From contig JBNZDD010013631.1 in the NCBI GenBank assembly GCA_050575255.1, positions 1,289,925-1,353,924 of the forward strand: a DNA stretch of 64,000 nucleotides. The letters are read 5' to 3'. Of the stretch, positions 50,447 through 63,505 are shown one piece after another; position 1 is the stretch's first letter; each line of letters starts with the position of its first letter. The translations under genes and the position numbers were made by a program. The notes under the pieces are model-generated. The model had not been told where the DNA came from, did not search any database, and saw nothing but the letters and a program-made list of their open reading frames with translations. Source of the stretch: Harriotta raleighana. Taxonomy: Eukaryota.

Positions 50447-53400
50447 TAAACACCAACATCCCACAAACCGACATGAAATTAATGTAGAATTTTATCTGGG
50501 AGATTGTTGGCCAGAACACCAGGAAAAACTTGCGTATGTATGGTGCAATGGGACCTTCAACGCTCCACTGCACAAGCAAAGCCAGTACTTTTTTTTTAAA
50601 AAAAATCTCATCAGAAGTACAACTCCCATCATTGTACTTGAGTGTCAGCCTCGTCTACAGACTAAAAAAATACCCAATGAGCAGCTTGAACCCACTACTT
50701 TCTGTCTCAGAGGAGAGGTGTTACCAACTAAACCATGCTGAGACTTGGCAGGCTACAATAGGTCCCTATATGTCTGCTTTTATTCAGTGAACTGTGTCTC
50801 ATTTCCTCTTTCGTAACATTGTACAGAAGATTTGTACACAGACGGCTGTAGAAGTTCAACCAAATTAAATTGATAACCGGTTTTGAATCATTAACGACCG
50901 TGAGATGTAATAAAGTATGTTTGCTAACATAGAGCATATTGCCTTTCAGGAATACAGTTTCCCTATTTCACATTTGGGAGCGCCAACACTACTGCTGCCG
51001 TAAAAACTCCTACTGTACTGACACGTATTGTAAATAAACCGCTGTCAGCTATCGAAGTTGTTAAATCCCACAACTCATCAAACATCGTTTCCTCCTAGCA
51101 AAAGGAAACTAAAATCCTGCAGCAGCTCCTTTCTAAAGCAAAACGAGAAAGAATGTTTTTCTTTACATTTTATTTCAAGCTGTTGAGGAGGCACAGAAAG
51201 TAACTATTGTTATTCCAAATGAGTGAAATGTAAGATGAGAACGCATCAATACATTTGTGCGTTGTTTTTAAAACTTTAAAACAACATTAAATTACATTTG
51301 TATAGCCCATGGAGGGTAAGCAATAAGAGCAGGTCTGAAGGCACCGTCAAAGAGGAGGGTCTTGAGTTGTACCTTGAAGAAGGGAAGGGAGGAGAAATGA
51401 ACAAGAGTCTGTGGGATGGAGTTCCAAATGGTGGGAGCAGAAATTTGGGAGAAATGTGGGAGATTGTTGGCCAGAACACCAGGAAAAGCTCCCTTCTCTT
51501 CTTCTATTATGCAATGGGCCTTCAACAATCCATTGAACAAGCAAAGCCAGTACTTTTTTCTTTAATATCTCATCATCCCATCATTGAACTTGAGCGACAG
51601 CCTCGTCTACGTATTTAAAAAATACCAGCGGTCCCAACCGCTGACAGTGGGATGGCCAGAGTCCAATCGGAAGAGGAGTTGGACAGGCCTATATGAAAAA
51701 GAATGTAGGAGTCTAACTTGTAATTTAAGGATTTTATGATATTAAAAAAATTCAATTTGGGGGTTTGCAAAATGTGCCCTGTAAACCCATAGCTGACAGT
51801 TCCATCGGTCCGGGTAGCATTTAAAAAAAGTTCTACTGTTCAAAGAGAGAAGGGAGTTTCTCCTGGAGATCCTGCCCAACAAGACCATAGATTAAATTGG
51901 TCATTCATTTCATGGCTGCTTGTAGGACATTGCTGGTCGCAAATTGGCGGACTCTTTAACCAATAAATACACGGTAAAAGTCTATGAAGCATTTTGAGCT
52001 AGTTTATTATTATATTATTTAGTTGGGACAAAAAAGTGGCTATCAGAGCACTGATCTGCTTCATGATAGGCTTCATTCAAGCCTTTAATTCAAGACTTTG
52101 GACTCTTAGAATATACCCGTTGTGATTTTTGGCACGGTGTTTGCAAGTCATATATGGTAACGCGGGAAATGTAATTAAAATTTGGTTAACCCGTAGAGAA
52201 GAGAGTCATTTAAGTAGTAGGTGTCAGCAGGTTCGGATGTTAGTTCTCTTGCCTCTGAGTCAGAAGGTTGTTCAAGCCACACAGAAAACACACCAAGGCT
52301 TTGAACTCTAATAAGGCTAAGGTGACATTCCAATTTAGTGCTGCGGGGTGTTGGGTCAGACAGATTCCATAAGCATAAGAATCTTTCCGATAAAATTGGT
52401 TCATTCATTAAACAGTTGTTTGAGGGACATTGCTGTGTGTACATTTGCAGCTGTATTGTATCTACCTACAATTACAAAGCCACTACACTTCACAGTAAAA
52501 AAAATTCTGCAAACAATTTTGAGACATTTTGCTGATGTGATAAGGTGCTCTACCAAATGCAAGGATTGTTATTTTTTATTATTATAGTTAACCAATGTTG
52601 CATATACATCATACTTATGGAAGCTGGTCTGTATGTGAAGATTAGCATTCACAAAGGCATATATCATGCACATTTCACAACACAGACAAGGTCAGTGATT
52701 TTGCATGAGGACCATCAAAAGTTGCTCAAAAATTTACCTTTCAAAGTCTGAGAGGATCCAGAGCACTTAACCTGTTCAGTATATAAACGCTCAGATTCTC
52801 TGCTGTACGTGAAAACAGTATAGCAGTAAGATAGATCTTAAAACATGTATGGATCAGATCAGCTAAAAGGAAACATGCAGAGGTGGGAATACAAATCATC
52901 AAGCAATTGTTACTCTGCTGTTTTCTCACTACTCTCCTCTGGTCAGATATCTAATCCAGTGATATGGAAATGTGTATGAAGCACATATCTCAAGTGGCTA
53001 TCACTTGGCAAAATGTATAAACCTGTCAGAATCCGTAGACAAGACAGATTTATTGCAATTCAATATTTTCTAGATAGCTTCAGTTTTGCTCTCTCGACTA
53101 AATGTTCAGAACTAAGATCTGAAAGTCAACATTAAAGTAAATCACCATAAAAAGATTAAATAATGCACCAGCCCACAATCTTATCTTGTTTCAGATTTGC
53201 AGACTTTTTGTTTTTTGAAGTGTATGTTTTTTTTTAAAAACACTATTGGGGAAAAATGCTAGGAATTTTCAAGAAGTGCAGGAGACAGGCTTTCAAGTTA
53301 ATTTCAAGCGGGAATTTAAGAATGTTCCAATGTCTTTATGCCACAAGTACAATCCTCGTGGTGAATTAACCCTATTGTTGTATACTCAGGCTGTATACTC

Positions 53401-54004
53401 AGGTGGCCCTAGAAGTAGTATACCTACTTAACAATCCTTGCATTTGATATAGCGTCTTATCACATCTTTGAGATGTCTCAAAGCGCTTCACCGAATATAC
53501 TCTAAAGCGAATTGACTGAATATTTTGTGGGTGAAATTTGTTAAGACATTGCAGTTGCTGTGCCCGCTGCACTCTCCCATCAAGACTCCCATCCTCCTGC
53601 ATTGGAAATAAATCTGCCAATTCTCTCCAATCCCGTGCTTTGCGGGCAGAAACTGCATTGTAAATATCTGCACAAGTCACCATAATGATAATACACCCCC
53701 AGGTCTATAGATAAATGTTCACTTTTCAATGCGTTTTCTCAGATTCTCGATGGAACATATGTTCCTCCTACAAGACTATAATAAGCTTATGTTAGTTATT
53801 CCTGCTTTTTTCTCTTCGATCATTTTAACTCTGTGCTATTTATCTCTTGGCATTTTCCCCCTTTTTCTATATCTTTATATTGTTAAAATCCTGCCAGTTC
53901 AATCCTACTGTCCTTAAATTCTGTAAACTATTTTAAGATCTACAGAAAAACATTTTCCCAAGCCTAGATACAATACAACAATTTGCCAAATTATGGACGT
54001 TTCA

Positions 54005-54357
54005 TTAATAATAGTCCTTGCATCTTATTTATATGTAGCCTTTTCACTTCTAAAAACGCTTTGCAGAATATACTGTGAATTGACTATATTTTGTTGGCGA
54101 AACACAGCAGCCAATTGCATAGCAATGTCCCATAACCAGTAGTGGATTGAGTGGCCCAATTTTTTTATTTATTTTTTGATGGACTATTACCCCCAGAAAA
54201 GTGATCCATTAATTGACTAACAACTGGTATCCTGTTTACTGCGAAGTAAACAGAGGTGTATGGAGTAAGGAAACTTGCCCAACATTTTGCCGTACTGGAG
54301 TATCGAATCCAGGTCCTCTCGATTGTAAGGCAAGTTCTCTGACAATTGAGCTACAGC
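54005..54357 (-). mobile_element. Full tRNA-Meta-Deu SINE, long variant
   Basis: Minus head ctgtagctcaattg...ggattcgatact; ttgggcaagtttccttactcc; tail. Confidence 0.9.
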
Positions 54358-54809
54358 TAAAAAAAGAGTAACTTTAGTTCAAGGTAAAATTCCCACCCCA
54401 CTTGTGTGTTGCAAACCATCTGCAGGAGAAGCAGGGGGTGGAAAAAAAAGAGGTGTGTCTACCTCCTCAGCCCCAAAATGTTAAATAATGTGTGTTGTTT
54501 TTGGAGCAAATATGCCAAAGACTCAATAGCAAAATAGTCTTTTTCAGAATTAACAAGCCTTGAATGACAGACGGGGAGTCAAATTCCTTGACCTTCAGGA
54601 AGGGAACCAAACAGTCCACGTTTTTACTCTTAATCACTAGATTCACATTTATTTCCTGTTTCTGTTCATTCGTGCTCTTAACTTGTCAAGAGGTTGCAAA
54701 TTATGTTCCCTCATTTACATTAGGAAGTATGCCATACAACGAAACAGGTATCAGCTCTACAGAGATGAATCTCTGAAGGTCAGAGCTTGGGCAGATCAAA
54801 AAAAAACAA

Positions 54810-55240
54810 CTTATAATAATAATAATCTTTACATTTGATTTATTGTCTTTAAAAAGTGGGAGACTGTTTCAAAGCGCTTCACGGGATATACTGTAAAGAC
54901 TCAGGATTTTGTAGGCAAACACAGCAGCCCATTGGCACACAGTATTGTCCCACACGCAACTGACACAGATGACCTAAAATGACTAATTTTATTTGGGTGA
55001 TTGGTAGCTAGGACTCCTGATAAAATTCCTTTCTTTTTTCAAACGGGATCTTTAAATTCCACATGAACAGGCATATGGAACCTCACTTTGTTGCCTCATC
55101 TGAATGACGCTCCCCTCTCATAAGCGAGCACTCCCCCACATTCTGCCTAGACTATGAGTTCAAATTCCTAAAGTAAGGCATGAACCCATAACCTTGCAAA
55201 TTAAAGGCAAGAATGCAACAAACTGAACCAATTTGACACA
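54810..55240 (-). mobile_element. tRNA-headed Deu SINE
   Basis: Tail at ~54810; gggatcttt...cctcatctgaa; head catgaacccataacc. Confidence 0.75.
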
Positions 55241-55360
55241 CAAGGCTTAGCCCTTTCCGTTCCATCAAGGTATCAACATTTGGAGGTTTAGCCTTTATTT
55301 GCTAGTGTAAATGCCCCAGATTTTGTGTAAACTCGCAATTTATTGCTGAGAAGTTCCACA

Positions 55361-55562
55361 GGGGTGTAGATTTACTCTATTTTTATACCATTTCAGAGCA
55401 TCCAGAAAATGCCAGAATCAAATTTAGTTTGAGCTTGGAAGTTAGTTTTCCTGTAGTTCAACAAAATGCTAAAAATAAATTAATTGATGTACTGTATTTC
55501 TTAAAAATGTGCCAAATTCTGGATGTTCCAAAATGTTCCGGAAGTAGAGTAAATCTAGCTAT
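55361..55562. mobile_element. MITE-like element with ~55-bp imperfect TIRs
   Basis: TAGATTTACTCTA 55367-55379 / TAGAGTAAATCTA 55545-55557; inner catttcagagcatccagaa / ttctggatgttccaaaatg. Confidence 0.75.
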
Positions 55563-58347
55563 AGCTTCCACACGAAACTTCCCCTCGTCCCAGGCCTGGA
55601 TATCACAGTACAGTATTGTAATGGCAGCCAATCAGTCCGAATTGGGAACTAGGTCTAATTTCTCATCCCTGAGCCAAATTGAAATGACAATTGTAGGTTT
55701 TTTTTAATATAATTCCAACCACACATAGGTTAAACTCTATTATCTGTACGTACTCCCCTTGGCTTGTGGGAGAAAAAAGGGTTTCACTCAAAGACCTCTT
55801 GTTCAATCTCATATTCCTTTTTTACTGCTTTGTCTGCCAACTGTGCTGAAGCTGTGTTTCTGGACCAGTTTGCCCTTTTGCTCCCTCAGCTAACACAGCA
55901 CAAGACTGATCAAGCCTCCAGGGAAAGGTTGAGAGCAAATGTCAGAGGAAGCTGGGACGAAAGCTCTGTTTCTTCAGATTGAGAATCCAATCCACAGTCA
56001 TTGCATCGACCAAACCATCCCTTTCTCTTATGTTCCACATGTCCTTTCTGATCAGCTGTCAGTTTCAAAGTGGCAATGTCTCTTTTGATGGACTTGCCTG
56101 TAGCAAATTTTCTGTGATCATTTCACCACATTAATTTTCTTTTGAACGTCAGCTGTCATCGCTGAAATCTATTTACAGTTGATTCTGCTTCTAAATCAGC
56201 TCAAACACAAAATAGCTGCTGCAGGCAACAAATGAAAGCAATCTTTTATCAGTCAGTGCATTATCTGTAATCACCACTGCAGCTATTTTGATGCGTGACT
56301 AAAGGAAATCGCTGGGATATCACACTGGGTCCCAAAACACACACAATGAAATGATGGGAATTTAGTTTAAAATTCAGTTTCAGGAACCTAACTTTTACAT
56401 ATTCTTGCAAATTAGCTGCCACTCAAAATATAACCCTCCACAGTTGAATCTACGACCGTGTTTCACCCACAGTTTACACGAGACTCAAAACAGTCACAAA
56501 TGGTTGAAAAAAATGGTGCAAAGAGGAAGAAACAGAGAATAAACAGCATCAATGATCTATTAAACCAACGCTCTGGTTGTTATGGCCTAATGATGCTCCG
56601 TCTTGTTTCTGGTCAGCTGGATGTTCTGATACCTGTGGATATTAAGAGTATGCAAACTAGACTGAGGGTTCCACATATGTATGTCACCTACACATGGAAA
56701 TTTTCCTGAGTGTGGAATGAAATCCATCCACTGTACCTGAAGGGGCACCTAGCTGCTCATTTAAATCTGGAGCTTATTAGATACAAGTGAGCAAGAGCTA
56801 TGACTCGAGAGGTGTGATTTGAGATACTCCTGGAGTTTAACTAGGCCTAAACCACAAAGCTTTCCATTTAGAGGACTGTCTGGCAAACTTTCCCGCTGCT
56901 TGTCCAACTCCGACCACCCTACCCATTTAGAAGCTTTGGCTTGCAGGGATAACAAGAGCTGAGTGGGAAGAATCTCTGCTCCCTTGCCCCACCAATCCAT
57001 GCCTATAAGACAAACTAGCTGTTTGTCATTGAAAGACTGCTCTGAAGCTCTTGAGATGGACTTTTGCCCAATTGGATAACTCGTGAATCATACTTAAGTT
57101 TCTCATTTATTCTATCAATGTTAATACGGTGTATGCAACTCTGTTAAAATACTGAGCCAGTAAACTATTGTGTGAAGAGATACTGCACACAATTGGCTGC
57201 CGCATTTCGCCCACAAAACATACAGTCGATCCATGTTATAATATATTCTGTGAAACACTTTGAGATGTCTCGACGACGTGATAAGGCGCGATATCAAATG
57301 CAAGCATTATGATTACATGTTCTCTCAGTTTTATCCTGATTTTTTATTACACATTAAAATGGCCAATTGTGAAAGAAACCCATTTGGAATTTTTTTTTAA
57401 TATATAAATGTTGCATGAAAGACAGAACAAATATTCAGTATCCAAATGCATTTCAATGATTTTTTTATTTACAGTTTATAATCTAAATTCAGGATCTTAT
57501 TTAAGAGAATAATAGATTGGGTCAATAGATATTTTGATCAATAACATGCAATCATTGTAACTGCAAAGAAACAGTAAACAGGATTTGACCTTTTACCCAG
57601 TTCTTCTCTTTTGTCTGATATTGTAATGTCTGTATGCCACCTATTGGTTTAGCTGAGCAGTTGGCAATGATACTGCCCAACAATAATTCAGTTGCCATTT
57701 ATTGTATATTGTGTTCATTGTACACTTCACACTCATTGGTGAGTCTTTTAGACCTGAAATATTATCATAATAAAGCATCTGGGCCCATCGAGCTAAATAA
57801 TCCCCCCACAGCATTAAGAGTTCTTTATAAATTAACAAGCCTTTATTCATAAGTCTCATTTCCTTGGCCAAAAATGCATTGTGAGTGAAAATTACTTTGA
57901 ATGCAAAAAAAAATAAAAAAATTGAAGGATTTAAATATCAGGCTTCTGTGCAGAAAAAGTTTTAAAAATGTTGTGGGAGATTAAAATAGAAATATTATCT
58001 CAACTTTGCATTAGTAAGGTTTCTTGTTGGTCACCACTTTTTACCAAAAGTGCAATTTATGTTGCCTGAATATATTGAATTGTTGCAAACTTGTAATTTT
58101 GGTTTGTCATCACTTCAGACCGGCACATTACTTGAGATAGAATTTACCAACTATATCTCCTCCTATTCTATGCAATCCAACCCTTGATCAGTATTTCGCC
58201 CTGCCAGGAAACAAATCCAGATCTCTCACTTGTGAGTCGGGTGCTCTAACCATTTAGCTACAGGACTTCTAAATGCACTTATTAACAAGGTAATAAAATT
58301 AAGCACTTAGAATAATATGTGATACATATTCTGCAGTTTGATGGTTT

Positions 58348-59912
58348 CAACAACAATAAGAACAAAAGGTTACATTTGTAGAGTGCCTTACTTGTCGGGA
58401 AGATGTCCCAAGGTGCTGACGGAGGGCAGAGAGATAGGAGGGTGGCTGAAGGCAAGGTCAAAATGGAGAGTCTTGAGTCGGGCCTTCAAGGAGGCAAGGG
58501 AGGGAGCGAGGCGAAGAGATTGTGGGATGAGGTTCCAAAGGGTGGGGGCAGAGAGACTGAAAGCATGGCCATCAATGTAGAGCGGGTCAGGTGGAAGTTA
58601 TGGAGCAGGCCAGAGCCTGCTGAATGGAGGGAGCAGACAGGTTGATAAGGGGTCTGCAAGTCAGAGAGGTAAGAGGGGGCAAGATGTGGAGGGAGGGGGA
58701 GCTAGTGGAGCAGGACAAGGGTGGGGTTGATTGGGTCATAGAGTCTGGACACAAGTTGCAGAGTTTTGGACGATCTGCATCTTGTGGGGAGAACAGTTTG
58801 GGAGGTCGACAAGGAAGGAGTTTCCATAGTCAAACCTTGAGTTGACAAATGTGTGTGTGAGTGTTTCAGGAGCCTGAGGGGTGAAGCTGTGGCGGAGTTG
58901 GGCAATGTTGCAGAGGTGGTGGAAGGTAGAGCTGCTCATGGTACGGATATGGAGGGGAAAGTACAGGTGAGGATCGAATAAGATGCCCAAGTTCCTGACA
59001 GGCTTGGTAAGTTGGAGTGTGCATCCACGGATGTGATGCTGTCAATGTGGTGAGAGGAGAGGTGGTGGAGGAGGATTGAATTGTCCACAGTATCAAAGGC
59101 AGCAGAGAGGGATAGGTCTCCGTGGGAGTGTGGGTGGAGATGGGGATGGAGGAGCTGTTGGGAGGGCAGAAGTAGCTGAACAGATTCCCTCGATTTTGGA
59201 CTTGAGAAAGTCCAGTATCTTCTCACAGTCAGAAATTGAGGAAAGAATAGGCAAGGTGTGGGGGTGTAGATGGAGGAGACGGTTGGTGGTAGAGAATAGG
59301 AGCATGGAGTTGCCCTTCGCCTCCAAAATTAGCTTGGAGTAGAAAGATGAATTGGCAGAGGTGAGTGCGGAGTGCTCAGCGTTGAACCAGGTGTGTTCAG
59401 TGGCCCACACCTGACCCTTGAGGGAGCGGAGGTGGCTGGTGTATCAGGTTGAAGTTTGTGAATAGGAAACAGTTCGGGAGGTGAGGGTGGCAAGGGCATC
59501 AGGGGTAGTAGAGAGGGTATTGTGGAGGAGAGTGAGTAGGGAGGACAAATCATGGCCGGGAGGTAGGCCAGTGTGGGAAGAGTTCAGATGACTCCGGGGC
59601 AGCGGAGATGGATTGTGGGGGCTTTTTCTTCCAGGGGCAGTATAAGATGGAGGTGGGTCTCCTAGCAGTATGGAGATGAATTGAGGAATTAAAGGAGATG
59701 AAGTGGTGAGCGGAGACGGAAACGTGACGGTGACGACAATATCCGAGACATTGAGGCCCCTGGGTGATTACCAGGTTAAGTGGGTGGTTCATGAAATGTG
59801 GGTGGTGGATTAGGTGTGGAGGTTGAGGTTGCGAGAAGAGAGAGAGGAGAAGTCGGAGGAGATGGATCAAGAGGGGGTGAAGTTGAAGGTTGACATCGCC
59901 AAGGATGAATAA
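58348..59912 (-). mobile_element. Long decayed L2 LINE (endonuclease to 3' tail, internally deleted)
   Basis: FILGDVNL (APE endonuclease), YSKLILEAKGNSMLLFST, LSAAFDTVDNSILLHHL (RT), APETLTHTFVNSRFDYGNS; tail near 58350-58415. Confidence 0.95.
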
Positions 59913-61589
59913 ACAACAGTCTACAACACTATCGTAGTCCATGAGATATTACCATGACATGATAAGGCAGCTGTATCAAATGCAAGATTGCAATACCACA
60001 ATCTAACTTGGAGCAAATAATACATTTTCGCCCACAAAACGAACAGTTAATTCTCTTCATAGCATATTCTGTGAAACTCTTTCAGATGTTTCAATAACAT
60101 GACAAGGCTCTATATCAAGTGCAAGGTTTGTTATTATTAGTAATGCATCAAGAACTTTAATATTTCTTCCTTATCTCCTAGTATGATCTCCCACATATAT
60201 ACACACACACATATAACAATCAATGGGTGCATTTATCATGTAATACCTAAGTGTGATGCCTGATAGATTATGTGGATAGTTTTACACATAATTGAGCAAA
60301 TATCAGGAAAACCATTGTTTTCACTTGGCCTGCATGTATAAATCCAATATATTATGGATTTAACATCTTTAATTTACAACCTGGTTCTGCAGAGTCAGAT
60401 AATCTTGGAATAACCTGTCATCCTCTGTCATTGAAAACAAGACAAACAGTAATTAAATCATGAGCTGCTGGAAGTAAGGACTAAACAAGGGCAATAATCA
60501 CACTGTCGACTTGCCAGCACCTTGTAATATAAGCCTTGAACGTGATATAGTGTTATACGCATTAGGAGTACGTCTCAAAGTGCTTCACAGGATATACTGT
60601 AAAGTGGAATGACTATTTGTTGAGAATAGAACAACCAATGTCCCACAAACAGCCACGACATCAGGAAAAATTCTCTTTTTTAAAAAAAATCTAATATTTT
60701 TATCGATTTGTTGTTTTTTTTCTTATATAGTACAATTTAGAGTGCCTTTCACATTGAGGCACCTCAAAGTATGTTACAAGGTGGACTGAACATCTGAGCT
60801 GCTGTGCACAATTGGCTGCTGTGTTTCGCCCACAAATGTACAGTATATGCTGAGAAGCGCTTTGAGACAATCTAGAAGACGTGGAAAGCGCTACATCAAA
60901 TGCCAGGATGTTGATGATTATTATTATGAATAAACCCTTGCAAGAGAATGGACAGTGTCGTAAAGAAATGGGACCGAATTGTAAGGTCACCATTAAGGAG
61001 AGGCTATAGAATTCACACCCTTTCCATTCTAAATGATCGGGTGGGAGCGAATAACTGTCTCTCAGTTCCACACACCAATCCTTACCACAAATGTTGATGC
61101 AGACGTTTGTACAACTTGTAATTTGGGAGATTTTTTTTCTTCCCTGTCCCCCCCCCCACCCCCCATTGGAACACTCGCACTTTTATTTAACACGTGGGAG
61201 TGAAACGAGGAAATGTGAAGGATTTGTTTTTGCCAAAATACAATTTTAATGGGAGGAAGTCTGGCATTTAAGCGAGCATTAGAACATGAAGCTGATGATC
61301 GTTGAGATAATCTAGTAGTTAGAGGAATACTACTGTTAAATATTTAAACGCGCAGTGTATTGAGTAGGAACTCAGTTCTGCCTGCCACTATGAACGATTT
61401 CACCCTCTCCAATCTCAGTGATGGAGTTTAAAGAAGAAAACTGTTTCAATTCATCACGAATGTGAAGGATGTACTGTATTCCTATTTCCCTAATAATAAG
61501 AATAAGACTAATCCTGTAGCTCAGTGGTTAGAATTGCTCCCGATGTGAAAGGCACTCTACACATGTACAGTCATTTTGTTGCTGTTGCA

Positions 61590-61905
61590 CATATATCAAA
61601 TGCAATGCCTTATCGCTTTTTCGAGATGTCTCAAAGCACTTCACAGAATAGACTGTAAAGTGAATCGAAGTTGTATTTTGTGGGTGACCCGTGGCAGACA
61701 ATAGCGTACAGCTGTGTCCCTCAAACAGTCGTGGATTGAGTGACAAAATTCAGATTTTAATTTTTTTTTAAAAAACAGATATTTATCTGAAGGAATCATC
61801 ACCCCCAGGAAAAGTGATCTGCTAATCGATTAATGACCAGATTCTTACTTACTGCTAGGTAAACAGAGGCACGTAGAGTAAAGAAACTTGCCTAACGTTT
61901 CATAA
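61590..61905 (-). mobile_element. Meta/Deu SINE, long variant, headless
   Basis: cttacttactgctaggtaaacagaggcacgtagagtaaagaaacttgcc. Confidence 0.88.
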
Positions 61906-61909
61906 TGCT

Positions 61910-62230
61910 TGCCTCCCGTAGCAGAATGGTTGGCACTCTGGCCTCGCAAGGGAGGAGGGCCTGAGTTTGGCTCCTGGGTGAGGCAAAACCTTAGTGAAGT
62001 TCCCCACTCTGTTTACTGAGCAGTAAGTGGGAACTGGTTGTTAATCAATTGTCGGAATGCTTCCCGGGGTAATAATCCCTCAAATACAATGTGTGGCCAT
62101 CATTTCTCTGACTGTCTGTGGGGGACACTGCTGAACGAAACTGGCTGCAGCATTTCACCAAAACATACTCAGTCAATCCACTATATATTCTGTGAAGTGC
62201 TTTGAGATGACAAGGTGCTACATCAAACAC
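61910..62230 (+). mobile_element. tRNA-Meta-Deu SINE, degenerate
   Basis: cccgtagcagaatggtt head; ctctgtttactgagcagtaagtgggaac; tail. Confidence 0.8.
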
Positions 62231-62259
62231 AGGGATAGGCAGAAGGTAGGAGACAAAAG

Positions 62260-62998
62260 GAGAGGCGGTGTATCTCTCTGCTTCCAACTTTGTCTCCAGG
62301 ACCACTGCTGTCTTGACAGAATGTCTGTCAGACATCTAGCCCTGGATGAGAGCTAACTTTCTTCAGTTGAACGTCAACAAGACATTCCCAAATCTATGCT
62401 TTCTGCGCCACATCCGTGGCATGACACGCTCTGCCTTCCTCCACCACTGCTGCACTACTGAAGGCCGCTGAAACTCTCATCGGTATATTCAGAAGATCCA
62501 GGCTTGACTATGCAAACTCCTTGCTTGTCTGCCTCCCTCCAAGTCCCTCCATAGACTGTAGATCATCCAGAACTCTGCAGCCCATCTCCTCCCCAAACCA
62601 GGCGCCCGACTCCACTGGTTTCACATTATACAAAGGCTACATTTTAAGATCCTCGTTCCCATCTTCAAAGCCTCCATGGCCTCACTCCACCCTACCGCTG
62701 TGACCTTGTAACCCCCAACCAACCTGCTGGCTCCCTTCGCTCAGCCTGCTTTATGCCTCATCACCCCACTATTGCCAGGCTTTCAACCACTCTGCCCCCA
62801 CTCATACCGCCTGGAACTCTATCCCGCAGTCCCTCTGCCTTGCCCAGTCCCTTTGCCTCCTTCAGGACCCACCTCAAGGTCTTCCTCTCCGAACATGCCT
62901 TCAATCAACCTCCTACCCCTTTGCGTCAGCCGTGTGATGCTCTTTGAGACATCCTGGTATCGTGAAAGACGCTGTTTTAATGTAAATTACTGTGGTGT
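62260..62998 (+). mobile_element. L2 LINE 3' fragment
   Basis: Reads LTECLSDI*PWMRANFLQLNVNKT; AAETL and SRLDYANS motifs; tail at ~62935-62998. Confidence 0.92.
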
Positions 62999-63383
62999 AA
63001 ACTTGAAGAGAAGCACGTACAGTATGACACGAGCGAAGACAAATAATCTCACACTATGGAACACAGTGCATCCTCCACAGCAGTGTAGCAATCCATTTTC
63101 AAGAAGAAAGCTCAGATGCTCAGAGTATTTCTTTAAATGTTTAATGAGGTTCACACGCAAGGTGTCAATGTGATATTCCTCTCAAAAAAACAATGTTTCA
63201 TCTTTCAGTTACTTCACAATCCAGTTCCTGATTTGCCAGCCAATTAATAAAGTGCACAGTGCGTTCATACGATCTCTCAAGATGGTACTGGACATAGACA
63301 AGAACAACAACAACAACAACCACAGCTTGCATTTATACAACACCCTTTACGCAGGCCTGTGTCTTGTTTGTTAGGACACAACT

Positions 63384-63505
63384 AGAATCATAGAATCTTA
63401 AGGCACAAAAGGAGGCCATTCGGCCCATCGAGTCTCTGGCGGCTCTTTGAAAAGAGCAATTTAATCCTGCTCCCCAGGTCTTTCCCCATAACCTCGCAAA
63501 CCTAT
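63384..63505 (-). mobile_element. CR1 3' tail
   Basis: tagaatcatagaatc...ggaggccattcggcccatcgag. Confidence 0.85.
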
